From a virus (lineage: Duplodnaviria; Caudoviricetes), in IMG/VR virus record IMGVR_UViG_3300021426_000072, positions 63,248-127,247 of that record: a stretch of 64,000 nucleotides of DNA; one strand, written 5' to 3'. Position numbers and translations under genes: made by a program. The notes under the pieces are model-generated. The model saw only the letters and a program-made list of their open reading frames with translations, did not search any database and was not told where the DNA came from. Shown piece after piece: positions 50,022 to 60,878 of this stretch (its first letter is position 1; the number at the start of each line of letters is the position of its first letter).

Positions 50022-50499
50022 TTTCAAAAAAATCATACTTGCTGTAATTGTTGCTTTTGTTTGTTTGGTCTGCATACATGGGCAAGCAGAATCTGAGTAT
50101 GAAAATGCTTGGGCTATCTGTAAACCGGGAGATCATATTAATATCCGTTCTCACCCGAACAAAAAAGGAGAGGAAGAAGGATGGCTTGAGCCGGGTGATA
50201 TGGTATATCTCGATGGAAAGAGAAAGAACGGATACGTCCATTGCGTAGAATTAACAACAGAAGCAGGCGAAGGCTGGGTTCATGGAGGCTATCTTGTTTA
50301 TAGTCCAATTGAGTTTGCAGACAGCGATTATGTTGTATCAAGCAAGGGTAGACTGGCAGCGAGAAAAAACATAAACGGTAAACGCACCAAATGGGTAAAA
50401 AAAGACTCCACAGTCCATGTTTATTACTGGTCTGAAGAGTGGAGCTATACAGAGTACGGCTACATAAAAAGTCAGTACCTTGAAAAGATAGGAGAATAA
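49954..50499 (+). CDS. Secreted tandem SH3-like domain protein
   Basis: Hydrophobic signal segment; INIRSHP...GWVHGGYL and GYIKSQYL; true start probably downstream of the ORF start. Confidence 0.6.
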   Translation: MAKRRIIQDTLLPIKNRNMQTCNFKKIILAVIVAFVCLVCIHGQAESEYENAWAICKPGDHINIRSHPNKKGEEEGWLEPGDMVYLDGKRKNGYVHCVELTTEAGEGWVHGGYLVYSPIEFADSDYVVSSKGRLAARKNINGKRTKWVKKDSTVHVYYWSEEWSYTEYGYIKSQYLEKIGE

Positions 50500-51224
50500 T
50501 ATGGACTGGATAAAAAAGGACATTACGTGGTGTTACGATATCTGTGACAACATGGAATGTTACAGAAACGTTAAACATCTGGAAGGGCAAGACGGATACT
50601 TTTCAATGGCAAGATTAAAGGGAAGTGATCTTTGTCCTTCCTATGAGGACGAAGAGAATCCGAAAGAGTGATCAAGTGAAAGATAGAAGATTAACTCCTA
50701 AACAAATAGACAGACTGTTGGCAAATCAAAAACCAATTACAATTACACAAAATGTAGATCCAATTATCCAGAACATGGTTTCAGAACAAGCTTCGCATCA
50801 AGCTCTTGTTTTCACAAACAATGAAAAGGATTATGACACATTAGATTCAGTGAAACAAATCAAAACGTTTTGTGCTTTTGTAAAAGATGTAATCACAAGA
50901 TATGAGGAAAACGAGCGTCAGCAAAGCGAAGCCGAGACAATGGAAATGGATATCAAGCATTGCATGGAACTCGTGCCAAAGCTGACAGAAAAACAGAAGA
51001 AGGCTCTATATAATAAACTTACAGATGTCTTACAGTTAAGGCGGGCATGTAAAAGTGAAAATGAAATCCTTTTACCCCTGTATAACTATTTTAAAGATAA
51101 GGTTATGTTGAATAAGCTTACACAATTACAAGGCTCTGTATCTACTTCAAAAGAAATTGTGTCTAATAGAGCTTATTCTTGCCGAACATCTGTCCTTGAT
51201 GATTTTAGTGCTGAATAACACAAT

Positions 51225-51256
51225 GGGCCTCTGGGAATTTCTGGAGGCCCTTTTTT
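51225..51256 (+). terminator. Rho-independent terminator
   Basis: GGGCCTCT/GGAGGCCC followed by T6. Confidence 0.65.
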
Positions 51257-51267
51257 AAGGAGTTTGT

Positions 51268-51474
51268 ATGATAACGCTTGAAGATATACGACGTTGCAAT
51301 AAAGATTGTCTTACCGTGAACGAAGTTGCCTATGTGTTGAAGTGCGATCCTAATATTATAAGGAAACAAGCAAAGGAAAACATCAAACAGTTGGGCTTTC
51401 CCGCTGCGAAGATCGGCACAAGAATTAAGATACCAAGAGTTGCGTTTTTAAACTGGTTTGACGGCAAATTATAA
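51268..51474 (+). CDS. Excisionase-like HTH protein
   Basis: LTVNEVAYVL...FPAAKIGTRIKIPR..FLNW; upstream of the integrase. Confidence 0.75.
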   Translation: MITLEDIRRCNKDCLTVNEVAYVLKCDPNIIRKQAKENIKQLGFPAAKIGTRIKIPRVAFLNWFDGKL

Positions 51475-51502
51475 GATTTGATATAATCGTCTTTACTAGT
51501 AA
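51458..51502 (+). promoter_or_regulatory. Sigma-A-type integrase promoter followed by an arm-like TTACTAGTAA site
   Basis: TTGACG-N18-TATAAT (51458-51487); palindrome TTACTAGTAA at 51493-51502. Confidence 0.6.
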
Positions 51503-51519
51503 CGCAGGAAGGAGGTATC

Positions 51520-52542
51520 ATGGGTAAACCAAAGTCCAGAGGAAATGGACAAGGTTCGGCTATAAAAAGAGGTTCCACTTGGCAGTCAAGAGTTGTTGTT
51601 GGTTGGAAAGAAAATAAGGACAAGACTAAAATGTTGCCAATAATAAAAACAAAAGGAGGTTTTAAAACAAAAAAAGAAGCTTTACTCTTTTGTGAGAAAT
51701 TAAAAGAGCAAAACGGAAGAATGAAAAATGCTCCTGCTCTTGCTTATTACTGGAATATATATCAGGCCGACTTGGATCTGTTATCGAAAGACAGAAGAAA
51801 AGCCTATTGCATTGCCTGGAATAAAATGAAGGCAATTCAGAACAAACCAGTTGATGCAATAATGATATCTGATCTCAGAAATGTAGTATCAGAAAACGCA
51901 AAAACATATTATCCGGCAAGAGATATGAAAACAGTTTTGAATAAGTTGTTTGATCTTGCAGCCGCAGATAAGTTTGCGGACAAATCATTGCCTGAATATA
52001 TTGTTTTACCAAAGTTAAAAGAAGAAGAAAGAGTTCCTTTTACGAAAGATGAAGTAGAAAAGCTTTGGAAGTCTTATTATGACGGAAATAAAAATGCTGC
52101 GATTCCTCTTGTCATGATTTATACAGGCATGATGACAGGAGAAATGAGAAGGCTCACCGTTCAAATGATAAACTTTACAGAACGGAAAATAGTAGGAGTT
52201 GGGATTAAAACAAAGACAAGAAAAGATTCTGTTATTTATCTTGCTTCAGATATCATTCCAATCCTCAAATCATACGCAGAAAATAAGACGGGAAAGCTCT
52301 TCCCCTCCGACGAGGCAACGTTCTATAAGATTTATTATGATGCTCTTGAAAAGGCAAAAATCCGCCGTCTTACTCCGTATTCATGTAGGCACACGACTGC
52401 AACCACTTTAGCAGTAGAAAAGAATGTTGATTCACAAACCGTCAAAAAAATAATGAGATGGAGTACTGCTAAAATGTTGGATCGTTATGCTCATCCTGAT
52501 GACGACAGTATAGTGTCCGCAATAGAAATGATTGGAAAGTGA
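51520..52542 (+). CDS. int: Tyrosine integrase
   Basis: N-terminal arm-binding domain (RGNGQGS...W...GFKTKKEA); YTGM..GE, YSCRHT, MRW, RYAH. Confidence 0.88.
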   Translation: MGKPKSRGNGQGSAIKRGSTWQSRVVVGWKENKDKTKMLPIIKTKGGFKTKKEALLFCEKLKEQNGRMKNAPALAYYWNIYQADLDLLSKDRRKAYCIAWNKMKAIQNKPVDAIMISDLRNVVSENAKTYYPARDMKTVLNKLFDLAAADKFADKSLPEYIVLPKLKEEERVPFTKDEVEKLWKSYYDGNKNAAIPLVMIYTGMMTGEMRRLTVQMINFTERKIVGVGIKTKTRKDSVIYLASDIIPILKSYAENKTGKLFPSDEATFYKIYYDALEKAKIRRLTPYSCRHTTATTLAVEKNVDSQTVKKIMRWSTAKMLDRYAHPDDDSIVSAIEMIGK

Positions 52543-52770
52543 CTAGTAATGTTACTAGTAAAGTGACTAGTACATCAAATCAATTCAAATCTTTTCAAAC
52601 CAGAAGCGGAATAAAAAAACCCAGAAACAAAAACGTTTCCGGGTAAAATAAGCGGAGAAGCCGGGATTTGAACCCGGGCTGCCATCACTGACACTACTCC
52701 CTTAGCAGAGTACTAAAACCCTAACAAACTCAACAACACAAAACCAAAAGTGACTAGTGCGTTACTAGTG
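52537..52770 (-). mobile_element. attP: 3' half of tRNA-Ser(GCT) (52652-52708) flanked by GT(G/T)ACTAGT arm repeats
   Basis: Reverse complement reads CTGCTAA-GGGAGTAGTGTCAGTGATGGCAG-CCCGGGTTCAAATCCCGG-CTTCTCCGC with no 5' half; 3 arm repeats at 52539-52572 and 2 at 52750-52770. Confidence 0.85.
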
Positions 52771-53327
52771 TATTTTTAAAATTTAGAAGGCGGGTTTCCG
52801 CCTTTTAAATATTGAAAATAAGAAGGAGTACTACTATGGGAATTATGGTTGAATGTGACTTTTGTGGAACATATGGCGGTAAAAGTCACCATGTTTATAA
52901 AGAAGTTGACGTAGAACGCAATGGCAAAGCAACGGTATTTCAAAACTTTATAATCTGCGATAAATGTTACAAAAAGCACAAAGCCATTCTAGAAGAAAGT
53001 AAAAGTGTAGAAGAAAGTCTAAATGAATTAAAACAAGAGTTGGATAAGAAAATTAATCATCCACTTACAAAAACCAAAGGAGATTGTGTAGAAACTCCAT
53101 TTTCTCTTGGATTAATTCGAAAAACACTACAGTTTCTTGATTTATTACCATTCAAAAAAAAAATTGATTATATAAATAGGAGCAAAACGAAATATGAGCA
53201 CATGGATCAATACTCGGGATTTTTCAGATGCGGTAATTAAAATGTGGTTTAGACGTAAAAGCCACAGGAAAGCAAGATGGAAAAAGAAGATAAACAGAGC
53301 TTTCAAGAGATTATAGGAGAATAACAA

Positions 53328-56300
53328 ATGAATGATTTAATTAAGAGAATATCCGAAGCCAAAGAAATGATCGAGCGCAAGCCAAATCAACACACCGTTG
53401 ATTATACGATTTACGGTGTGTTGACGGATTGCGATAATATGCTGAAATCCCAACAGGCAGAGATTGAACGGATGAAACGAGAGGGTAAAACTTGCGCTAA
53501 CTGTTCAATGTGTAAGACCAGAAAGGCAAGGGGCACAGGCTGTTACTATCAGCGGTGTAAAAAGCACAACATGTGGGTACGGTACGGTTTTTACTGCTCA
53601 GATTGGCAGAAGGAAGGCGACTGAAAATGGGCGATGATTTCAAGGGAATGGGTTCATTTGGTGCATGGTTGAAATGCACACTCGAAGAAGCCGGATTGAA
53701 ACAACGGGATTTGGCGAAAATGATGCATATAACCGAAGCCTGTGTGAGTAGGTGGGTTCATGGTAACCGAATCCCTGCGCCGAAACAAATGGCATGGATA
53801 TTACAACATTTTAATTGCCATATTGAGATAGTTCCGAACGGCTGGCAAAGACCTTTATAAGCCACATATAGGAGGATAGCGAAGTATGAAGATAATTCAT
53901 TTTAAAGATGTTTCTATTACCCTTCCAATAAAAGGAAATGTAGATGTAGAACAGATCGAGGACAGATTCATCGATGCAGTTGATTCTATCGGCGATGGCG
54001 TTGTCATGTGCTACAAAGTCGAAGTCGAAGAGGAAGGTGACGAGGATGCTGATTGATTCTGAAACGCTAAAACATGCAATATTGACAACGATGCCGGAAC
54101 GATCAGAGGTTCTTCTGATCGTGGACAATCAGCCAGAAGTGGTAGCCAGGTGCAAGGATTGCATATACGCAAAGGTAGCATCGGACGATAACGGATATTT
54201 TTATTGCGAATATCCATTCGCCTCAAAGGCCCCGCACGAAGCATATTTCTATTGTGCATCCGGCAAACGAAAAGATGACGTAAAAGAAATTGAAGCATTT
54301 TTGAGAGAAAAAGAACCGTTCATGTTTGAGTGGGGCAACAACACGGACAAGTAATACGCTAAAATTGGAGCGATCAACGAATATGAAAACCAAGCGTTCA
54401 CAAAAAGGACGAAAGTACTACCGCAAGTGCGGGATGTGCGGACGGCGAGACGAACAGAGCAACATGATCCGCACCTATAAGGTGGACAACGGATGGTGCT
54501 GTGTTAATTGCTGGAAGAGCTGTCATGCAGATTCAATTATCTTGCACGAAGCTTTGATAAATGAATTTTAATGCCACACATAGGAGGTTAGCAAAACAGA
54601 TGACAAGGGAAAAGGCGTATGAAATACTCGATAAGGTTCCGATTTGTTATGGGTGCGAAGGCAACGAAGACACGTTTCCATACAATTGCGAGGAATGTGA
54701 AAGTGCTTTTTTAAAGGCATTTGAAGCATTGAAGCAACCAGAAATTGTCCGTTGCAAGGATTGTACATTTCTCAACGATGAAGGTAACGGAGAATACGGT
54801 TGTACGATTCATGATGATCTGTATGTTATTACAGATGATTGGTTCTGTGCAGATGGAAAACGCAAGGTAGGCGATAAGGAATGATAACAAAAGCTGAAGG
54901 AAATGAAAAAGCAAAAATATGCGCCAACTGCAAAAGATACGATGGCATGGGATGCTATACCGATGGAGTATGGAACAAATTGAGATATAAATACACAAAC
55001 CCGCAAGATAAGTGCGTTGAACCGAAAAGATTCAAACAGAAGAACGATGATAATGAATGACACGGGAAGAAGCAATCAAGTGGATTGAAGAACATAACAA
55101 TCCGTTTATAGATGAAACAAAAGATTCACAAGCGCATCAATTGGCGTTGGAAGCGCTTCGGCAGTCACAGATTGTCCGGTGTAAAGATTGCAAGTGGAAT
55201 AGTGGATATGGCAGAGGAATGTACGTTTGTTTCTGCACTTGCTGCAAAACTGGGACTCCACACAAGGATGATTGGTTCTGTGCTGACGGCGAACCGAAAG
55301 AAGATGATGAAGAATGACGATTATCTGTACAGAAGAAGAACGGAGAGAAATGGAAATTTTGATTGCAATCGCTCATGACTGCTTATGTTCTTCGCCAGAC
55401 TATTTCTCAGATCCAAAGTGTAACAGATGCATCAAAAATAAAATTCAATGGACAATAAAAGACGGCAACAAGGAATTTAGTGCCCACGAAACAGTGATAG
55501 GCAAGGCATTGGATGCCGGACATATTTACAGATAACCTCGTTGAAGGAGCAAAAGAAGGATGACCGACAAAGAATTTCGAGAGGATGCAGCAGAGATTGT
55601 AGCTGATGCGCTTAACGATGCGATGACGGCATTTCCTGTAGATAATCTGCGAGAGAACAAGTATATGGCCAGAAAAGACCGAACAGAAAGCATTGAGCAT
55701 GTTGAACTCATTGGTTTTTGGTGTGCGGATTGTGGATGTCTTACACTTATGGACTCAAAAACATTGCGTGAAAGATTTGAACAAACTGGGAAACGCCGGT
55801 GTGATAGTTGTAACGAAAAGGCTGAACTTGATAAATAATTTGTTAAAGGAGCGATATGTATGAAAAGATACAGGTTTAAAACAAAGTCAGTAAAAGATCC
55901 AAGACCATTAAAAGACATGAAATATATTAATATGCCTTGGTGGTGTACAGGAATGGCTGGAGATGGAAGTTACGCAACAATTGTTTGCTATCTGCCGGAA
56001 ACAGAAAGTCTTTTTGATTACTGGGATGACGCTTTTGCAATTACAGACTCGAACGTGACGGAGATTACATATACAGACAGATTTCCTAAACCGGAGTGGT
56101 TAGAATGAACGTTACTACTATGTATGGAGCATATGAAGGCGAAGAGGAAATTACAGCAGGCTGTTACGTCGATAAAAAAGAAATATATATAAATAACCAG
56201 TCGGCGCAAGAAAACTTTAAGGAAATTATTTCCAATTTGTGTGACAAGCTAAATGAAAAGGCAACTTTAGAAGGAGGCATCGTCGATTGGAGCACAATGC

Positions 56301-57733
56301 AGATAAAAACATATAACAGCACGCATATAATGTATGAAGAGTCTTATTATGCCATGAATTACTATGAAGTCGTAGCAAGAGCAAAAATGAGAACAAAAAT
56401 TTTAACCACTGTTGAAGACGAAGATATTATAAAAACAATTCAAACGTAAAATAGGTGAGAGTATGTCAGTATGTTGTACTTATTCTTGCGAAAAAGCTAA
56501 AGATTGCATGAAATCTGGAACAAATAAAACAGGAACTTGCACTGTTGTTTCATATGGGACATGCTATTCTAATGGCCAACCTATGTGCGGGAAAGAGAAT
56601 AACTATAAATTATTTGAAAGCAAGGTGAGAAAGGATGAGGGAACGCCTTAAAAAAACAATAAAGTGTTTTTTTGCAAAATATAAACTTTGGCGGATTGAA
56701 AGGGCTACGGGATATCATCTCAAACCATTTCAGCGAAAGTTCGTTCTTAACAATGAGCCTCCTGAGGATTTATGGAAACTCGATAGAGGCAAAGGAAAAA
56801 CACTGATTGCAATAATGTGGACTCTTGTTTGGAGAAATAAACCTATAAGCATGAACGAAGAAAAATGTCAGCTTTATATGTGGACAATGAGAAGACGAAG
56901 ACTTGTTCATCCTGAAGAGCTTGATAATAAACATGAGCAATATAAGATATTTGCCATTCCTGATCCAGACATCAGGGATCATCGTTCTCTTGACCTTGTT
57001 CTTTGGAAGTATAATGAGCTGGCTGAACAGTGCAGAAGAGAAGGAATTAAAGTTTACAGACTTCGAACTTGAGTGAGGTATGCTGTATGAAATGGGAAGA
57101 TTTTAAAGACAAACAATACGAGCTTGGGCAAGAAAAAACATTAACAGATATTGAATGTCCCAAATGCGGAAAAAATATCTATCGAATAAATAATGTTGTA
57201 TTGACCACTTATCCACCTCAGCACAGATATGAATGTGAATGCGGTTGGATAGGAACAGCCTGATGTGAAGAAAGGAAAAACAATGCAGATTGTAACTGTA
57301 AGCGTATATATCCCGGACGAACAAGCCACGAAATTTTCGCAAAAACTTGCCGTAGGCAAAAAGATAATGGAAAGTATTGAAGAGAATGGTTGGCAAGCAA
57401 GAATAGAACGATGGGATCATGCGAAGGTTTTGGGGGGCGCGGCGAATGAAGATAATTGAGGCAGGAAGTCTCATAAGATTTAAATGTTCCGCATGTGGAT
57501 GTTTGTTTGAAGAAGGTGTTCATGTAATAACTCCACATCCAGAATGGCAATATGCGTGTGATTGTCCATGCTGTGGAAACAAATGCTTGTCTGAAATAGA
57601 AGTGTTTGTAACGCAAAGCGAGAATCCATCTTGGACGAGTAAATCTGAAAATATAGGATCAGGTAAACAGTCTGGATTTGCAAGCTCTGTAACTTGTAAG
57701 ACTCCCGAATTTGTTACGCTGACAAAGGAGTAA
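53328..57733 (+). other. Second cluster of small Cys-rich hypothetical genes
   Basis: Repeated (I/V)xRCKDC...(W/F)(F/Y)CAxG.(R/P)K modules in ORFs 53974, 54561 and 55057, and other CxxC proteins. Confidence 0.6.
53627..53860 (+). CDS. XRE-family HTH regulator
   Basis: GLKQRDLAKMMHITEACVSRWVHGNRIP. Confidence 0.8.
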   Translation: MGDDFKGMGSFGAWLKCTLEEAGLKQRDLAKMMHITEACVSRWVHGNRIPAPKQMAWILQHFNCHIEIVPNGWQRPL

Positions 57734-57738
57734 AGATT

Positions 57739-57999
57739 ATGGAAAGTAAAATAAGAAAAGTTCCTATTGGTGACGGGATTAATACAGAAGGAGTTGAATG
57801 TACCAGAACTTGGATTTCTTATTCGGGAGCAGAGTTTAAGCTTCCTGAAAAGCATTGCGTATTTTGTCAAAAAAGTACGGATATTTACTGAGATTATAGC
57901 AACGGCCCATATATGATTTTATGTGAAGACGAAGATGTCGATCTTGAATTAGGATATCGTGGAAAATGTCCTTGCTTTGTAGACTGTGAAAAAGAATAA
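57739..57999 (+). pseudogene. Small Cys-rich ORF interrupted by an in-frame TGA (57889-57891)
   Basis: AAGGAG RBS; ...CVFCQKSTDIY*DYSNGPYMILC... frame continues to TAA at 57999. Confidence 0.5.
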
Positions 58000-58034
58000 A
58001 AAAGGGGAACACTTTACAGTGTTCCCCTTTTTTT
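57998..58034. terminator. Bidirectional terminator at the convergence of the two transcription blocks
   Basis: A-run-GGGGAACACT-TTAC-AGTGTTCCCC-T-run. Confidence 0.88.
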
Positions 58035-58422
58035 ACACCGTGTCTTTGTGGTCAACCTGATTGCTGCCAACGTATTGTTTAATAGCTCTATTTTCATTGA
58101 ACATTTTCTTGAATTTTTCAAGAACTTCATCGACAAGTTTGCTGAAAAGTTCAAAAGAAACAAACTTCACAAGGAAAGGAAACTTTGCAACAAACATATC
58201 GTAAACATAACGAAGCTTAAGCTGGCCTGTGCCGCTGCCAAGTTCCTTTTCAGCTTCAGCAACAGCATATAACAACCATTCTTTTACTTTGGCTAGCTGC
58301 GTACCTCTTGGCAATTTGAAAAACTTGCAAACAAGATACACGATTACAGCCAGAGCAGCAACAGCTAACAGAATAACATACCAGTTTTCAGAAAGAAAAT
58401 TCATAATCTCCATAGTAATCAA
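58033..58422 (-). CDS. Holin (LL-H-like)
   Basis: N-terminal TM helix; AVAEAEKELGSGTGQLKLRYV; next to the endolysin. Confidence 0.75.
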   Translation of the reverse strand: MITMEIMNFLSENWYVILLAVAALAVIVYLVCKFFKLPRGTQLAKVKEWLLYAVAEAEKELGSGTGQLKLRYVYDMFVAKFPFLVKFVSFELFSKLVDEVLEKFKKMFNENRAIKQYVGSNQVDHKDTV

Positions 58423-58430
58423 TCTCCTTT

Positions 58431-59270
58431 TTAATATTTACCTTTACCATCACCGACAACATCAAGAAACTCAGCTTTCATGTACCAGCCTTTACGTTTG
58501 CCCACATTGATCTTAGCCCATTCTTCGCCGGGTTCAATTATTGTGACTTCAGTGCCATAAGGAATTCTGTACCAAGTACGACATGATGTACTTGGATACT
58601 GCCTAAGTTTCACAGGACCTTTATTGCCAGAAACAACAATTGCTTTGCTTCCTTCGTTCGGAACAAGCTCTTTAGGCACAGGAAGTGGCATAACAACAGG
58701 AGCATTTAACTCTTTTTGAGCTAACTCTACCAACTGTTTAACTTGTCCGTGGTAGTTCCAGCCACCATTCAGATTTGTATCGACTTTCATATGAGGGCTG
58801 GTCATATGTGTAATCCGCAAAGGAGATACTTGTGTGACCACACCTGCATGATAATAGTCGTTCATGTCTCCTGTATAATATGCGTTTCCTTTTTTGTATC
58901 TTGTTGGTAAATCCCATTTATGAGACTTTGTTCCTGCATTACATGCAAGTTTTACAACACCTTTTTCGTTTGCCGCCTTCAAAACAATATCGCCTTTGTT
59001 TAAAGATCCCAGATCTGCAATATATTCGAGGTTATATACAGCAAATCGGGCTGCGTAGTTACTTCCATGGATTCCAGTCCATTTTAATCCCATCCTGCGT
59101 ACTGCGCCTATAATTAGCCCGATACAGTCGCAAGTCCCATTACTGCCATCCCCTGGCTGTTTATAAGCCGGATTTAAAGATTTTATTTTTTCTACCATAT
59201 TAAGAAACTTAATGACGATAGATAAATAAACTTCTTGCAGTTTTCCAGTAATTTTTAAAATCAAACTCAT
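58431..59270 (-). CDS. Endolysin: NlpC/P60-like domain plus C-terminal SH3
   Basis: GTCDCIGLI, YYHAGVV, VKLRQYPS...GWYMKAEFL. Confidence 0.75.
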   Translation of the reverse strand: MSLILKITGKLQEVYLSIVIKFLNMVEKIKSLNPAYKQPGDGSNGTCDCIGLIIGAVRRMGLKWTGIHGSNYAARFAVYNLEYIADLGSLNKGDIVLKAANEKGVVKLACNAGTKSHKWDLPTRYKKGNAYYTGDMNDYYHAGVVTQVSPLRITHMTSPHMKVDTNLNGGWNYHGQVKQLVELAQKELNAPVVMPLPVPKELVPNEGSKAIVVSGNKGPVKLRQYPSTSCRTWYRIPYGTEVTIIEPGEEWAKINVGKRKGWYMKAEFLDVVGDGKGKY

Positions 59271-59578
59271 CCGTTACCATCTCCTTCGGCATCGTTGTCC
59301 GCCACGTCAGAGTTGTCATTTGATTTAAGTTTTACTTCCATATTGAATCTTTCCAGCGTTCCAAGAATAATCTTCTCAGTAATACTGTTTCTTGTATAAG
59401 ACACGGTATCTAACACTTTGTTTGCTGTCATGATAAGAGTTAGCCATACGCATGACATTGCAGCTTCAGGTCGGTAAGCAACTAAAGCCAGAATGACAAA
59501 CGAGTAAATTCCCCAAACGATTGCTCCGAACCGGGCAAGCCATTTGCTGAATTGCTGTTTAGGGTCAATTCTTTTCAT
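59267..59578 (-). CDS. Two-TM membrane protein (lysis-module accessory)
   Basis: Two hydrophobic segments; overlaps the endolysin ORF start. Confidence 0.55.
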   Translation of the reverse strand: MKRIDPKQQFSKWLARFGAIVWGIYSFVILALVAYRPEAAMSCVWLTLIMTANKVLDTVSYTRNSITEKIILGTLERFNMEVKLKSNDNSDVADNDAEGDGNG

Positions 59579-59587
59579 GCTATCACC

Positions 59588-60232
59588 TTATTCTATAAAG
59601 TTACCATTATCGTTACATCCATCATATATCCGTTGTATATAAGCAAAATCATGTTTGTATACATCATTATCCCATCCATACTTACTGACTAATTCTTCGT
59701 ATGTTTGGTTTTCTTTGAAGAGATTGGTGAAGTCCTCGTGCGAGTGAGCCTCTCCTTTTCTGCATTGTCTGGCAAAGTTCAGAACATGGTTCTTGATTCT
59801 TGCCGCTGCGAGCTTGTCTAACCTTTCATCTGTTTGATCCTGTTTTGAACTAAGATTATCCAGACGGACATCCAGCTCATGAAAACGATTCTCTAATGAC
59901 TTAAACCTCTCCTCAATAAGACCATAGTTTTTGTCCGTTCCTTTCTGCACTTCTTCTAATTTGACATCAATATCTGCTTTCATTTCGTTTACAAAAACTT
60001 TGAAAGCAGCAGTTCTCGTTTCATTTATCTTTCGGAAAGGCCATGTAATACTTTTCCATATCCATCGAAGCGGGTAAACTTTAATCTTTGAAATTTCAAA
60101 GAACAAACAAAAAATAAAGAAAACGATTAATACCGTCCACGGTACATTTTTTGATATCCATTCTCCAATCGGTTTTACAATGTCCCCCATTAAAACCACC
60201 AACTTTACATTATATTTACGCAAACAATGCAT
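59588..60232 (-). CDS. Membrane-anchored coiled-coil protein of the lysis module
   Basis: TM helix, FEISKIKVYP, RIKNHVLNFA...YE pattern. Confidence 0.55.
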   Translation of the reverse strand: MHCLRKYNVKLVVLMGDIVKPIGEWISKNVPWTVLIVFFIFCLFFEISKIKVYPLRWIWKSITWPFRKINETRTAAFKVFVNEMKADIDVKLEEVQKGTDKNYGLIEERFKSLENRFHELDVRLDNLSSKQDQTDERLDKLAAARIKNHVLNFARQCRKGEAHSHEDFTNLFKENQTYEELVSKYGWDNDVYKHDFAYIQRIYDGCNDNGNFIE

Positions 60233-60860
60233 CTATCTCTGCTTCTGTTATTGCACTGTAAGTTGTATCAACAGCGCTTAAAACACCAGAAGAATCAATA
60301 GAAAGATTTGTTCCAACTTTTATTCCACCAGAAACAGAAGCAGAAGCAGTAGGCAAAGTATAAACAGTTACATCGCCATCGTAAACAGACAAGTGTCCGT
60401 TTATTTGACCGTTCGTAATAACACTCGTTAAACTTGCTTTTAGAACATTAGCACTTATTGTTCGGTTTGACGTATCTGTTCCTGCAATTAATAAAGCTGA
60501 TGTTTGAGCTGAATATGTCGTATTTGTATTATAATCTGCTCTTCTCCACGCATCGTCACGATATGTTAATAGTATCGGTGTTCCGGCAGGATATGTTGTT
60601 GTTAGTGCACTTGTTCCTGTCCTATAACAGGGTTTTGCACCTAAAAAGTTTATATCCAAAGTTGTAGAAGAAGAACCTCCTGCAACTAAAGGAACATAAA
60701 TAAGACTTAACCCGTCAAAATATTCTGTAATTCCAGAAATTGTTCCAGTCCAAGCACCAACAGAATCGGAAGAAGAACCGACGACAAAATATAGTGCCGT
60801 AACTGAATTTGTTTCTGCATCTTCATGTCTAACTGGACACGCAAACGTCATAGTCGCCAT
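60216..60860 (-). CDS. Tail fibre-related protein
   Basis: TTLDINFLGAKP, LPTASASVSGGIKVG.NLSID, C-terminal ITEAEIDALF. Confidence 0.65.
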   Translation of the reverse strand: MATMTFACPVRHEDAETNSVTALYFVVGSSSDSVGAWTGTISGITEYFDGLSLIYVPLVAGGSSSTTLDINFLGAKPCYRTGTSALTTTYPAGTPILLTYRDDAWRRADYNTNTTYSAQTSALLIAGTDTSNRTISANVLKASLTSVITNGQINGHLSVYDGDVTVYTLPTASASVSGGIKVGTNLSIDSSGVLSAVDTTYSAITEAEIDALFA

Positions 60861-60878
60861 TATTCAAACTCCCTTTCT

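Noticed and set aside
52652-52708. Functional tRNA-Ser(GCT) gene on the - strand
   Set aside because: The 5' half (acceptor 5' strand and D arm) is absent; interpreted as the attP core.
56635-57072. Terminase/helicase call from the RGKGKT motif
   Set aside because: The protein is only 145 aa with no Walker B or other motifs; at most a fragment.
57889-57891. Genome-wide TGA recoding
   Set aside because: Many intact genes end in TGA, Trp is encoded by TGG, and no suppressor tRNA was found.
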